NCBI GenBank assembly: GCA_963819615.1 | Contig: CAWFWW010000004.1 | Coordinates: 573,705 to 637,704 of the forward strand | DNA from: an uncultured Alphaproteobacteria bacterium | Lineage (GTDB): Bacteria; Pseudomonadota; Alphaproteobacteria; Rhizobiales; Aestuariivirgaceae | Reading direction: 5' to 3' | Length of the DNA: 64,000 nt | Part shown: positions 1 through 10,008 of the stretch, in pieces | Position numbering within the stretch: position 1 is the stretch's first letter | How the letters are laid out: each line of letters begins with the position of its first letter | The notes under the pieces: generated by a model | The model's database searches: none | The model's input: only the letters and a program-made list of their open reading frames with translations | Told to the model about the DNA's origin: nothing | Position numbers and translations under genes: made by a program

Positions 1-171
1 GCTGGCGACCAGATCACCTTCGTTGAGATCGGGCCGGGCAAATACGCATTCACGCCCGTCCAAAAACGCTCGGTCACAGCGCTCAAGGGCATGTTTGGCA
101 AATCCAGGCGGCCCGTCTCAATCGAAACAATGAACGCCGCGATCGCAAAGCGCGGCGCATCGGCCAGATGA
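1..171 (+). CDS. AbrB/MazE/SpoVT-family antitoxin, 5'-truncated by window edge
   Basis: Frame 1 is open from base 1 (AGDQITFVEIGPGKYAFTPVQKRSVTALKGMFG...) to TGA at 169-171, overlapping the ATG of the PIN gene (ATGA), a typical vapBC layout. Confidence 0.75.
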   Translation, partial: AGDQITFVEIGPGKYAFTPVQKRSVTALKGMFGKSRRPVSIETMNAAIAKRGASAR

Positions 172-569
172 TCGGCCTCGATACCAATGTGATCGTGCGC
201 TACATCATGCAGGACGATCCCAGGCAATCGAAATTGGCTTCAGCTTTCATTGAGCAGCTGACGGATGCATCGCCAGGCTTTGTGTCACTCGTAGCCATAA
301 CCGAATTGGTGTGGGTGCTGGAGTCGGCCTATTCACTTGCCAGGTACCAGGTCGCCGGGGCGCTGGCGAACCTGGTCAGCATCGACGTGTTCAAGATCGA
401 ACGCGTCGCAGTCGTCGCATCGGCCTTGCGCAGCTACAAGCAAGGAAATGCCGACTTTGCCGATTGCCTGATCGAACGTTCATCGGCAAATGCCGGATGC
501 GAGAAAACCATGACATTCGACCGCGCCGCCGCAAAATCAGCGGGCATGGAGTTGATCAGGCAAGTTTAG
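168..569 (+). CDS. vapC: PIN-domain VapC toxin
   Basis: MIGLDTNVIVRY N-terminus, E in AITELVWVL, DFAD and TFD acidic PIN motifs; 133 aa. Confidence 0.9.
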   Translation: MIGLDTNVIVRYIMQDDPRQSKLASAFIEQLTDASPGFVSLVAITELVWVLESAYSLARYQVAGALANLVSIDVFKIERVAVVASALRSYKQGNADFADCLIERSSANAGCEKTMTFDRAAAKSAGMELIRQV

Positions 570-667
570 CTTTCCCCAAAAACATCCCATATCAAGAACG
601 CATAACGTATCATAGCCCTTGCTCGCCCGCTTGCGGGAGAGCTGGCGCCCGGCCACTTGCCGGGTAA

Positions 668-766
668 CTGATACCAATCGTCACAACAATTGACCCATTC
701 TTTTCCCTCCCCCCTTGTGGGGAGGGCAATCGCTTATGGCTTTCCTCGCCCGAGAATCGGGAGAGG
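668..766. repeat. Composite REP-like element (CCCTCCCC-TTGT-GGGGAGGG plus CCTCGCCCG..CGGGAGAGG); near-identical inverted copy at 33898-33995
   Basis: Manual alignment with the reverse complement of 33898-33995 shows about 99 bp with only a few differences. Confidence 0.85.
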
Positions 767-784
767 AATGATGAATGACCCGCC

Positions 785-848
785 AGCGGGAGAGGAATGA
801 AGAGTCCCGCTAGCGGGAGAGGAATGAAGAGTCCCGCTAGCGGGAGAG
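785..848. repeat. 27-bp tandem repeat (AGCGGGAGAGGAATGAAGAGTCCCGCT x2.4) built from CCCGCTAGCGGGAGAGG palindromes
   Basis: Two exact copies at 785-811 and 812-838 plus a partial copy, immediately downstream of the purA stop. Confidence 0.85.
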
Positions 849-855
849 CAAAGCC

Positions 856-2148
856 TCAATCCTCAAACGGATCAGTCATCAGAATCGTATCCTCCCGCGA
901 CGGCGACGTCGAAAGCATCGCCACCGGGCACTCGATCAGCTCTTCCAGCTGCTTCACATAATGCACCGCATGCGCATTGAGCTGCGACCATGAGCGTGCG
1001 CTGGCAGTGGTTTCTTTCCAGCCGTGGAACGTTTCATAAATTGGTATTACGCGCTTCTGCGCTTCTTCACCGGCGGGATACATGTCAACGCGCTTGCCAT
1101 CCAGCATGTAGCCGACACTCACCTTGATTTCGTCTAACCCGTCGAGGACGTCGAGTTTCGTCAACGCAATTCCCTGAATGCCTGAGGTGCGGATCGCCTG
1201 CCGCACCAGCACTGCATCAAACCATCCCACGCGGCGCTTGCGCCCCGTGACGGTGCCGAACTCACGCCCGCGCTGGCCAATCAATTCACCGATGTCATTC
1301 TTCTGCTCCGTTGGAAACGGTCCCTCGCCCACCCGCGTCGTGTAAGCTTTGCAAATGCCAAGCACATAGGAAATCGCCGATGGCCCCAGCCCCGACCCCG
1401 CAGCCGCCTGCCCCGCAACAGTGTTGGAAGAGGTGACATAAGGATAAGTCCCGTGATCGATATCCAGCAGCGACCCTTGCGCTCCTTCAAACAAGATGCG
1501 CTTGCCCGCGCGCCGCTGTTCATCCAGCAGCGCCCAGACTGCATCTGCATACGGCAAAATGCGCGGCGCGATCTCGATCAAATCCTTGAGGATCGCAGAC
1601 GCCGCGATTTCCGGCTGTCCAAGCCCGCGCCGCAGCGCATTGTGATGCGCCAGCATGCGGTCAATCTTCGGCGCGATATTGGCAAGGTCAGCAAGATCAT
1701 TGACGCGAATGGCGCGCCGCCCGACCTTGTCTTCGTAAGCAGGACCGATGCCGCGCCCCGTGGTGCCAATCTTGCCAGCGCCAGCAGCAGCTTCGCGCAT
1801 CTGGTCGAGCTCGCGGTGCAACGGCAGGATCAAAGTCGCATTGGACGCAATTCGCAAGTTCTCTTGCGATATCTTCACGCCCTCAGCCGAAATCTTGTCA
1901 ATCTCCGCAAGCAGCGCCCAAGGATCAATGACGACGCCATTGCCGATGACAGCCAGTTTGCCAGGTCGCAAAATGCCCGATGGCAGCAGCGACAATTTAA
2001 AGGTGACGCCATCAATGACCAGCGTATGGCCCGCATTGTGCCCGCCTTGATAACGCACCACGATATCGGCGCGCTCCGATAGCCAGTCCACAATCTTGCC
2101 TTTGCCCTCATCGCCCCATTGCGCGCCGACAACTGCTACATTCGCCAT
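856..2148 (-). CDS. purA: Adenylosuccinate synthetase
   Basis: [22 protein letters not shown] and [11 protein letters not shown] motifs; start moved to MANVAVV at 2148 (GAGG RBS upstream). Confidence 0.98.
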   Translation of the reverse strand: MANVAVVGAQWGDEGKGKIVDWLSERADIVVRYQGGHNAGHTLVIDGVTFKLSLLPSGILRPGKLAVIGNGVVIDPWALLAEIDKISAEGVKISQENLRIASNATLILPLHRELDQMREAAAGAGKIGTTGRGIGPAYEDKVGRRAIRVNDLADLANIAPKIDRMLAHHNALRRGLGQPEIAASAILKDLIEIAPRILPYADAVWALLDEQRRAGKRILFEGAQGSLLDIDHGTYPYVTSSNTVAGQAAAGSGLGPSAISYVLGICKAYTTRVGEGPFPTEQKNDIGELIGQRGREFGTVTGRKRRVGWFDAVLVRQAIRTSGIQGIALTKLDVLDGLDEIKVSVGYMLDGKRVDMYPAGEEAQKRVIPIYETFHGWKETTASARSWSQLNAHAVHYVKQLEELIECPVAMLSTSPSREDTILMTDPFED

Positions 2149-2165
2149 ATGAAATTCCTCACAGA

Positions 2166-2202
2166 AACGGCCCCGGGACTCAATGAAGAGTCTGGGGCCG
2201 TT
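2166..2202. terminator. GC-rich hairpin between the DUF4139 gene and purA
   Basis: AACGGCCCC...GGGGCCGTT stem with inner GACTC/GAGTC; followed by TTTCT on the minus strand. Confidence 0.5.
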
Positions 2203-2235
2203 GACCGCTCTTACAGGAATTGCCGGGCGATGCAA

Positions 2236-3924
2236 CTAGTCAACCATGCCCACCTGCATGGCCTGGGGCGAAGTCACTTTATAGCCGAATTTGACTGTGT
2301 TTTCGGCATTTGGCTCAACGGCAAACGTCCACGCCATCACGCCCCGCTTCTTATCGACGTCTTTCGCGGATGGCTCGGTCGTCCCCGGCATCAGCGCAAT
2401 CAATACGCCATCTATCGTGGCAAACGGCAGCCGGTCCATGATCGTTACAGGCACGGAAAATGCGTGCAGGTTCTTGACCGTCGTATCCCAAACCCGCTCC
2501 TCGACATTCGACGATGTGAGCAATCCTTCTTCGCCGGTCCGCCGCTTGATTTCCTTGCGCGTCACCTTCACCAGGTCATCAACGCCAAAGCCAAGCTTTG
2601 CATTTTCACCAGCACTGAGCAGCGGCAATGCGCCCTGCCCGACATAGACACCATCGCGATACAGATTGACCGCACCTGGCAACATCGGCCCCTCGCCCTT
2701 GGCGACAAATTCTGTCGTGAGATAGGCATTGGGATCAAGCCTCGGCACGGACATCACCGACAGTTTCACATCAACATCATCGCTCGAAATTCTCACCCGT
2801 TTCGACGTGCCGGAATTGTCAACGCTCACCCGGCCTTGGATCACATAGTTCGCCTGGAAGCCGACAGTTTCGACAAAGGCCTGACGCTGGGCGATATTGT
2901 AGCCGTCCACTTTTGCAGGCGCTGCCGGTTCCGCGACGTCCGCCCCCGCATCGCTTTCAAGCAAGGGGGCCTCGGCCCCTCGCGCCAGCACCTGCTTTGT
3001 GGAGTACCCGGAATCGCGCAGCCTGTTGCCCGCCGCAACTATCTCCTGCTCGAAAATGTCAGGAGCAGTGCTCGCCCCCGCAGGCCTTGCTGTCGATAGC
3101 GTCAACGCAACATTGTCCCAGTTCTCGGTCGTGGATTGTATGACTTCTGCGCGGCGCACAAGCTCCATCTTCGCCGCAGCGCCATCCTTGGGCACTGCAA
3201 GTTTCGCATCATAATACGGTTGCCATCCCGCATTGCCGATGCGGTAGCTCACTTTGAATATCCCGTTGACGGCGTCAGGCGCCGCAAGATGCACGGTGAC
3301 CTGCGTGCGATTTTCGCCATCGGGCGCAAGCACGTCGATCTCAACCCGTATCTCGTCGCAGCGCACGTCAATCGCCTTCTGCCGCAGCCGCGCGTCCTGC
3401 GTGACTTTGGCAAATGCTGAAAGCCGCGCGCCCATCACATCAAGCAATCCGCCAAGCGCCGTTGGATCAACGGCCCTGCTCGTCTCCGTTGTTGACGCAG
3501 GCGTAATCTGCTTGTTGGCTAAACTGATGAGAAACTGCCGTTGCGTATCGGCATCTGCGATTGACTGGTCAAGTGCGGCGCGTTCGTCCTGCAAGTCTTC
3601 AATCATTTTTTCCAGCCGCTTGCGCTGCTGGTCAACCTGTTCGGATTTCAGGGGCACGACCTTGGAATCAACTGAGGCAATCTCAATCCCCTCCCCGCCC
3701 TCGCCTGAAACGCGGATTGATTGCGGATCAATGTCGCCAGGCAGATTCTCCAGGATCAGTTGGTGATCGCCAGCCGTCATCTGCGCTTCGGCAACGCGTG
3801 TCACATCCGCACCTGTCGGGAAAACTGTGACAGAGTCAATTTTCCATACCGGCCGGTAATCGGCCGCCCATGCTCCTTGCGCCAGCGCTGTCGTTGCAAG
3901 CAAAATCGTTCCTAGAAATTTCAT
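2236..3924 (-). CDS. DUF4139/DUF4140 (mucoidy inhibitor MuiA-like) secreted protein
   Basis: Signal peptide MKFLGTILLATTALAQGAWA, IDSVTVFPTGADVTR, coiled coil, AGWQPYYDAKL and TTENWDNVALTLSTARP motifs; GGAGG RBS before 3924. Confidence 0.85.
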   Translation of the reverse strand: MKFLGTILLATTALAQGAWAADYRPVWKIDSVTVFPTGADVTRVAEAQMTAGDHQLILENLPGDIDPQSIRVSGEGGEGIEIASVDSKVVPLKSEQVDQQRKRLEKMIEDLQDERAALDQSIADADTQRQFLISLANKQITPASTTETSRAVDPTALGGLLDVMGARLSAFAKVTQDARLRQKAIDVRCDEIRVEIDVLAPDGENRTQVTVHLAAPDAVNGIFKVSYRIGNAGWQPYYDAKLAVPKDGAAAKMELVRRAEVIQSTTENWDNVALTLSTARPAGASTAPDIFEQEIVAAGNRLRDSGYSTKQVLARGAEAPLLESDAGADVAEPAAPAKVDGYNIAQRQAFVETVGFQANYVIQGRVSVDNSGTSKRVRISSDDVDVKLSVMSVPRLDPNAYLTTEFVAKGEGPMLPGAVNLYRDGVYVGQGALPLLSAGENAKLGFGVDDLVKVTRKEIKRRTGEEGLLTSSNVEERVWDTTVKNLHAFSVPVTIMDRLPFATIDGVLIALMPGTTEPSAKDVDKKRGVMAWTFAVEPNAENTVKFGYKVTSPQAMQVGMVD

Positions 3925-4098
3925 GACATTCCTCCAATATCCAAACCCGCTAGGCAGGAACATCATCACACTCATTGGCGGATTGAGGACCGGATCGCGC
4001 CCGATTGCTGGCCGGATTGTGGCAAAATCATTTCGGTTGACGGCACCATTGCGTTGGCTAGCTTGCGACCAATCATCAACCAGAAGGACAAGGTTAAT

Positions 4099-5547
4099 AT
4101 GCGCCTCAGCCACCAACTTCTTTCCGCCGCCAGCATCTTTGCCCTTTCAAGCACAGCCCTTGCTGCGAGCCCGGAAGAAGCCAGCCAGATCAAGGCTGCC
4201 ATCGAGAAGTATCTGACGGCTGAGCCCGGCGTAGTCACGGTCTCCGTTGCAGGTGACGCCTATGATTTGACAATCGACGTTGGCCCATTCATCGCCAAAT
4301 CAAAGCAGCCGAATATCACCGCAAAAGTTTCGCCCTTGGTCTTCAAGATAAAGCCGCAAGGCGGCGGCAAATGGCAAGTTGGGCAAGACCAGTCAATGTC
4401 GGTTGAGTTGAAAGGCGGACCCGCATTCGCCATCGACTACAGGATCAACGGCATGAAATTTACCGGCATTTTCGACGAAGCCATGTCAGGATTTGCCTCT
4501 AACAACTACGAAGTTGCAAATTTTGAAGCGGTTCAGAGCATCACTGATCCAACCAGCAACACCAAGCAACTCACCAAGTCCAAAGTTGAGGCCTTTAAAG
4601 GGCAAACGGCGTCAACGCTGAATGCCACTGGCGGCATAGATTTCACCGGTAGATATGAAGCGGCTTCGACGGTCTCAGACTCGAAAATTGAAAGCCCGTC
4701 CGGCCCCTTCAGCTTTGCCTATGCCACCGGAAAAAATCTTTCGACTTATGCTGGCACAAATTTTCGTCAACGCGAATTCCTTGCATTGATTGCCTGGTTT
4801 GTCGCCAGGCCGTCGCCTGAAGCAATCAAAAAAGACCAAAACGAACTCCGTGCGCTGGTGAAATCAGCGCTTCCACTTTTCGACACCCTCACGGCAAGCG
4901 GAGAAGCATCCAAGATTGCTGTGACGACGCAAATCGGAAATGGCGGACTTTCCCACCTTGGCTTCAACATCGATTTGAATGGCGTAACCAAGGACGGCAA
5001 GGTGCGCGAAGCCGTCAACTTGAGTGGCATTACTTTGCCAGAAGGCATCCTGCCCCCCTGGTCAAAGCCGCTTCTGCCAACTGACGCATCGCTCGACTTC
5101 ACGATTTCAGGATTCAATGCAGCCGATGCCGCCGCCCTGATGGTCGACAATCTCGACCTCAACGCAGAACCGCCATTGAAGCCGGAAGTGCAAATGCAAC
5201 TTCTTGGCAAGGCTCTGCCGACGGGCGCCATGCAGATAGCCTTGAACCCCGGATCGATCAAATCTGCGTCTTACGAAATCACTTACGACGGTGCATTCAA
5301 CGTCGTATTGGCGGGCCTGCCATCCGGCAAAGGCACGGTGAAAATGAAAGGCTTCGAGCAGACAATTCAGGCGTTGCAGCAAACCGCAACAACTGATCCC
5401 AGCGTCAATCAGATTATTGGCCCCTTGATGGCCGCCAGGGGGTTCAGCAAACAGGATGGCGACGCGCTGGTTTGGGCCATCGAAAGCACGCCGCAAGGCG
5501 GAATTTTGGTCAACGGCATTGACATAACCAAAATGGGCGCACCTTAG
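4099..5547 (+). CDS. Hypothetical secreted/periplasmic protein (~482 aa)
   Basis: Signal peptide MRLSHQLLSAASIFALSSTALA, long ORF with host-like codon use, AAGG RBS; family not recognised. Confidence 0.7.
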   Translation: MRLSHQLLSAASIFALSSTALAASPEEASQIKAAIEKYLTAEPGVVTVSVAGDAYDLTIDVGPFIAKSKQPNITAKVSPLVFKIKPQGGGKWQVGQDQSMSVELKGGPAFAIDYRINGMKFTGIFDEAMSGFASNNYEVANFEAVQSITDPTSNTKQLTKSKVEAFKGQTASTLNATGGIDFTGRYEAASTVSDSKIESPSGPFSFAYATGKNLSTYAGTNFRQREFLALIAWFVARPSPEAIKKDQNELRALVKSALPLFDTLTASGEASKIAVTTQIGNGGLSHLGFNIDLNGVTKDGKVREAVNLSGITLPEGILPPWSKPLLPTDASLDFTISGFNAADAAALMVDNLDLNAEPPLKPEVQMQLLGKALPTGAMQIALNPGSIKSASYEITYDGAFNVVLAGLPSGKGTVKMKGFEQTIQALQQTATTDPSVNQIIGPLMAARGFSKQDGDALVWAIESTPQGGILVNGIDITKMGAP

Positions 5548-5588
5548 GAAATCGTAAAATTTACCCGAAACTGACACTCCGTTGACAA

Positions 5589-5615
5589 AAGCCGCTGACT
5601 TCCCGTCAGCGGCTT
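5589..5615. terminator. Intrinsic terminator-like hairpin
   Basis: Perfect stem AAGCCGCTGAC-TTCCC-GTCAGCGGCTT just after the 5547 stop. Confidence 0.65.
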
Positions 5616-5668
5616 ATTGGCATCTTCGCTCCATCGGCCCGATTTAACTCAACCAACGGAGAAAACCC

Positions 5669-6076
5669 ATGTCAGACGATTCAATCATTTCCCGCCGCAG
5701 CGCCCTGCTGAAACTGTCAGGTTTCGCAGCCGCAGCATTCGTGGTGCCAATGGCGGCATCAATCACCTCAGTCCAGGCCAGCGAAGACCGCGACGGCGAC
5801 AGTGAAGATAACAGCAGCGACGATAACAGCAGCGATGATAACAGCAGCGATGACAGCAACCACGATGATAGCAGCAGCGACGATGGCGCTGGCCATGATT
5901 CCAATGACGACAACGGAAACGACGATGGCTCTAACGACGATTCCAACGACGACGACAGCAATGACGACTCCTCAAGCAACGATGATTCACAGTCGCGTAC
6001 GCGCCGCACTAACACGGCATCAGCCAACGGACTGAAACACAAGAAGCGCACCTTGATGGATTTGTTCAGGGACTAA
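5669..6076 (+). CDS. Small Tat-signal protein with Asp/Ser/Asn-rich low-complexity body
   Basis: SRRSALLK twin-arginine motif, hydrophobic stretch and VQA cleavage site; GGAG RBS; DNSSD repeats encoded by 15-bp tandem units at 5807-5881. Confidence 0.65.
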   Translation: MSDDSIISRRSALLKLSGFAAAAFVVPMAASITSVQASEDRDGDSEDNSSDDNSSDDNSSDDSNHDDSSSDDGAGHDSNDDNGNDDGSNDDSNDDDSNDDSSSNDDSQSRTRRTNTASANGLKHKKRTLMDLFRD

Positions 6077-6171
6077 CGAGATCCCCCGGTCAGGGATTAG
6101 GCGATAAAGTGCGGCGGCTGTGTTCCATTCACTGCCGCCGCAAATGTCTCAGCGTACTGGGACCAGCTGCC

Positions 6172-7758
6172 CTAAAACTTCAGCGCCTTAACCTGTTGCA
6201 CTTGCGGAATCTTGCCGACCGCCCAGAGCAGCGAATCCGGCGGCGTTCCATCAACTTCAACCAGGCAGATTGCATTTCCGCCAGCGCTTTCGCGCCCCAG
6301 GTGGAAAGACGCGAGATTGACATTGGCATTGCCGAAAATCGTGCCCAGTGCGCCGATGAATCCCGGCTTGTCGGTGTTGGTGATGTAAAGCATGTTCGGG
6401 CCGAAATCGGATTCCATCTCGATGCCCTTGATCTGGATCATGCGCGGCTTGCCATCGGCAAACACCGTACCTGCAACCGAGCGGTCATATTTGTCGGTCT
6501 TTACCGTCAAACGGATATATGTTTCATAAGCGCCCCGTTGCGTCTGCTTCACTTCATCAACCTTGATGCCACGTTCCTTGGCGGCAACCGGTGCCGACAC
6601 CATATTGACCGTGCCAAGCTGCGCCGACAAAACGCCTGCAAGCGCAGCTGAGGTCAGCGCACGGGTATTCATCTCGCCGACCTCACCGGCATATTCAATG
6701 ACGATGCCGCTGATCGAGTCATCCGTGAGTTGCCCCGCAAAAGAACCAAGCTTTTCCGCAAGCCGCACAAATGGCGTAAGGCGTGGCGCTTCAACAGCGG
6801 AAATCGAAGGCATGTTCAGCGCGTTCGATACCGCACCGCGAACCAGAAAGTCCGACATTTGTTCGGCCACCTGCAGCGCCACGTTTTCCTGCGCTTCATT
6901 TGTGGATGCGCCAAGATGCGGCGTGCACACGACATTGTCCATGCCGAAGAGCTTGTGTGTCGTCGCAGGCTCAGTCTCAAACACGTCAAGAGCAGCACCT
7001 GCAACATGCTTGGCGATCAGCGCATCATAAAGCGCATCTTCATTCACCAGCCCGCCACGCGCGCAATTGATGATGCGCACACCCTTCTTGCACCGCGCCA
7101 GCGATTCAGCGTTGACGATATTGCGCGTCTTGTCGGTGAGCGGCGTGTGCAATGTGATGAAGTCCGCACGTTTGAATATCTCGTCAAGATCAACTTTCTC
7201 AACGCCCAACTCCATCGCGCGGTCCGCCGACAGAAACGGATCGAACGCCAGCACTTTCATCTTGAGGCCAACACCGCGATCCGCAACGATCGAACCGATA
7301 TTGCCGCAGCCAATGACGCCAAGCGTCTTGTTGTAAAGCTCAACGCCCATGAAGCGGTTCTTCTCCCACTTGCCGGCGTGGGTTGATGCATTGGCTTCAG
7401 GGATTTGGCGGGCCATTGCCATCATCATCGAAATAGCATGTTCTGCTGTCGTGATTGCATTGCCGAATGGCGTGTTCATCACCACGATTCCCCGCGCCGT
7501 GGCCGCCGGAATATCGACATTGTCAACGCCGATGCCTGCACGGCCAATGACCTTCAGGCGTGGAGCCGCACTGATGATTTTCGGCGTGACCTTCGAAGCC
7601 GAGCGGATCGCCAGCCCGTCATACTCCGGAATGGCGGCAAGCAGCGCATCCTTGTCCTTGCCGAGATCAGGCTTGTAATCAACATCAACCCCGCGATCAC
7701 GGAAGATCTGCACGGCGGTTTCAGAAAGTTTGTCAGAGACGAGAACGCGGGGTTTCAT
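6172..7758 (-). CDS. serA: D-3-phosphoglycerate dehydrogenase
   Basis: GRAGIGVDNVD, GCGNIG, TPHLGAST and C-terminal ACT domain; start moved to MKPRVLVSD (GGAG RBS). Confidence 0.97.
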   Translation of the reverse strand: MKPRVLVSDKLSETAVQIFRDRGVDVDYKPDLGKDKDALLAAIPEYDGLAIRSASKVTPKIISAAPRLKVIGRAGIGVDNVDIPAATARGIVVMNTPFGNAITTAEHAISMMMAMARQIPEANASTHAGKWEKNRFMGVELYNKTLGVIGCGNIGSIVADRGVGLKMKVLAFDPFLSADRAMELGVEKVDLDEIFKRADFITLHTPLTDKTRNIVNAESLARCKKGVRIINCARGGLVNEDALYDALIAKHVAGAALDVFETEPATTHKLFGMDNVVCTPHLGASTNEAQENVALQVAEQMSDFLVRGAVSNALNMPSISAVEAPRLTPFVRLAEKLGSFAGQLTDDSISGIVIEYAGEVGEMNTRALTSAALAGVLSAQLGTVNMVSAPVAAKERGIKVDEVKQTQRGAYETYIRLTVKTDKYDRSVAGTVFADGKPRMIQIKGIEMESDFGPNMLYITNTDKPGFIGALGTIFGNANVNLASFHLGRESAGGNAICLVEVDGTPPDSLLWAVGKIPQVQQVKALKF

Positions 7759-7786
7759 GGTGGGTAACTCCAAAGTAATCTTCATT

Positions 7787-7912
7787 TTCTTCCCCCTCCC
7801 CCTTGTGGGGAGGGTTGGGGTGGGGTCGGGCGCTTGATCAGAATTGCAAGAAAACCATGCATGGACAGGTCGGAGCGACCCCCACTGAAACCTCCCCACA
7901 AGGGGGAGGGAA
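7787..7912. repeat. REPIN-like element, family A (inverted CCCTCCCCCTTGTGGGGAGGG arms)
   Basis: Inverted palindromic arms around a variable core; same family as 22910-23036 and 23113-23239. Confidence 0.85.
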
Positions 7913-7919
7913 AATCTAA

Positions 7920-9056
7920 CTAGGCCGCAGCTTTCTGCGTCGCCAGAGAATAAGCCCAGTCGAGCCACGGAACGAGCGCCATCACATCGGCCGTTTCAAC
8001 TGTGGCGCCGCACCAGACGCGAAGCCCCGGTGGGGCATCGCGGTAAGCGCCGATATCAAGGGCAACACCCTCTTTCTCGAGCAGCTTCACGACAGCCTTC
8101 GGCACATCTTCTCCGCCGTCCAGCGTCAGGCACACAGACGTGTTGGATTGCGTCGCAGGAACCTTCGCAAGATGATGCGCATAAGGTGTGGCCTTGATCC
8201 ACTGGTCAATCACCGCGGCATTCGCATCTGCCCGCGCCACGAGACCTTTCAGGCCGCCAACCGACTTCGCCCATTCAAGCGCCAGAATGTAGTCTTCAAC
8301 GCACAGCATCGATGGCGTGTTGATCGTCTCGCCCTCAAATATGCCGTCGATGAGCTTGCCGCCTTTTGCCATGATGAAAATTTTCGGCATTGGCCAGGCC
8401 GGCGTATAGGTTTCAAGCCGCTTCACTGCGCGTGGTGACAGGATGATGACGCCATGCGCGCCCTCCCCGCCCAAAACTTTCTGCCAGGAGAATGTCACCA
8501 CATCGAGCTTGGAAAAATCCACGTCTTGCGCGAACGCCGCTGACGTTGCATCACAAATCGCAAGACCTTCACGGGTCGAAGGAATCCAGTCGGCATTGGG
8601 AACGCGCACGCCTGAAGTGGTGCCATTCCAGGTGAACACGACGTCACGATTGAAATCAACTTTGGAAAGGTCTGGCAACTCGCCATAGGGTGCGGTCATT
8701 TTGCGCACATCGGCAAGCTTCAGCTGCTTCACCACATCAGCGACCCAGCCTTCGCCGAACGATTCCCAGGCAAGCATGTCAACACCGCGAGCACCCAGCA
8801 TCGACCACAGCGCCATTTCAACGGCACCGGTATCAGAGGCGGGAACAATGCCGATTTTGTAGTCCGCGGGAACATTCAGGATTTCACGCGTCAGCGTGAT
8901 GGCGCGCTTCAAACGGGCCTTGCCTTCGCCGGAACGGTGCGAGCGGCCTGTGAGCGCTGAATTGAGTTTGGAAGCGTTCCAGCCCGGGAACTTTGCACAA
9001 GGGCCGGAAGAAAATTGGGCGTTTTGCGGCCGCACGGCCGGTTTCTGTAGCGTCAT
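7920..9056 (-). CDS. serC: Phosphoserine aminotransferase
   Basis: [22 protein letters not shown] and [14 protein letters not shown] motifs of alphaproteobacterial SerC; start moved to MTLQKP. Confidence 0.97.
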   Translation of the reverse strand: MTLQKPAVRPQNAQFSSGPCAKFPGWNASKLNSALTGRSHRSGEGKARLKRAITLTREILNVPADYKIGIVPASDTGAVEMALWSMLGARGVDMLAWESFGEGWVADVVKQLKLADVRKMTAPYGELPDLSKVDFNRDVVFTWNGTTSGVRVPNADWIPSTREGLAICDATSAAFAQDVDFSKLDVVTFSWQKVLGGEGAHGVIILSPRAVKRLETYTPAWPMPKIFIMAKGGKLIDGIFEGETINTPSMLCVEDYILALEWAKSVGGLKGLVARADANAAVIDQWIKATPYAHHLAKVPATQSNTSVCLTLDGGEDVPKAVVKLLEKEGVALDIGAYRDAPPGLRVWCGATVETADVMALVPWLDWAYSLATQKAAA

Positions 9057-9060
9057 TTGA

Positions 9061-9112
9061 TCTCCATCCTTACAGATGGACTGGCCTACGGTGGGGAAGG
9101 CTAGCCCGCGCT
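9061..9112 (-). promoter_or_regulatory. Probable serC leader RNA motif
   Basis: Two small hairpins directly 5' of serC; the second (TCCATC-TGTAAG-GATGGA) covers the RBS, as in the known alphaproteobacterial serC motif. Confidence 0.65.
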
Positions 9113-9198
9113 CCACATGCAACAATTGCCGCATGCGTGCAACAAAGAAATCAAAAGCAACTAAGGATAGGTTAAGTTAACGGAGGTTAACCGAAAGG

Positions 9199-9226
9199 TT
9201 CCTCTCCCGCAAAAACGGGAGAGGAA
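9199..9226. repeat. REP-like hairpin TTCCTCTCCCG-N6-CGGGAGAGGAA (family B), possible terminator of the porin gene
   Basis: Perfect 11-bp stem just after the 9236 stop; same arms at 33756-33778 and 33898. Confidence 0.7.
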
Positions 9227-9235
9227 ATGATTGCG

Positions 9236-9793
9236 TCAGAACGAGAACCGCATGCCAACCGCGAACTGGTGCTCCATCGGATCATGGCCAGAGGCCATGA
9301 CATCACGGAACCGGTAACCTGCATCAACCGCAATATTCTCGGAAAGATCAACCGCAACACCAGCGGCAAGGCCCAGGGCCATCCCGTTCGGGTTATTGTC
9401 GACCCAGCTGTAACCGAGGCCAGCGCCAACATAGGGCGTGAACATCGTATCATTGGCGAAGTCAAAATATCCATTGCCCATGACCGTCGTTGTCGCAAGA
9501 TCATTGCCCGTGCCAACGTCATAATTGCCGGCCCAGTCAAGCGTCAAATCGGTGCGGAAATAATCCGTGATGCGATAGCCGATGCCGCCGCCGACTATCC
9601 AGCCGCCATCATCATCGCCACCCTTCCATTCAAGTGCCGAATAGCCGACATCTCCCCGAAAATAGATGCCGAGGTCCGATGTTGGCGTTGGCTCGACAAT
9701 CGGTTGCTCTTCAATTGGATCAGCAGCGTGGGCAACGGCCGCAAACGGCAACGCTGCAGCAGAAGCAAGAAGAAGAATTCGAATATGTTTCAT
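9236..9793 (-). CDS. Outer-membrane beta-barrel protein (Omp25/RopB-like porin family)
   Basis: Signal peptide ending AHA, alternating beta strands, TPYVGAGLG motif and C-terminal Phe (GMRFSF). Confidence 0.85.
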   Translation of the reverse strand: MKHIRILLLASAAALPFAAVAHAADPIEEQPIVEPTPTSDLGIYFRGDVGYSALEWKGGDDDGGWIVGGGIGYRITDYFRTDLTLDWAGNYDVGTGNDLATTTVMGNGYFDFANDTMFTPYVGAGLGYSWVDNNPNGMALGLAAGVAVDLSENIAVDAGYRFRDVMASGHDPMEHQFAVGMRFSF

Positions 9794-10008
9794 GTCACTC
9801 ACCATTGTTCAGTGCGCCATCCCGTGGCGTGACTTGAATATGGTGATGCGATGCGGCGGAACACAGCCTTCAAAACGTCAGAAAAGTGACAATTTCTTGA
9901 TGCTACGTGGTTGTTGCAATGGCGACACATAAACTTGTATCAGCCCGGCACAATTGTTCATCAATTCACTTCCATTGGAAATCACGCCCGCAATGGCACT
10001 GACGCACC

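Noticed and set aside
2119-3099. 326-aa plus-strand ORF and similar long antisense ORFs (for example 17990-18910, 19156-19998, 19187-20185, 29097-29936, 13174-14190)
   Set aside because: Shadows of well-supported genes on the opposite strand, expected in GC-rich DNA; no recognisable motifs.
9171-9192. CtrA box upstream of serC
   Set aside because: The obvious TTAA pair has a 6-nt spacer and the alternative is a 7/8 match in a TTAA-rich patch; not supported enough to list.
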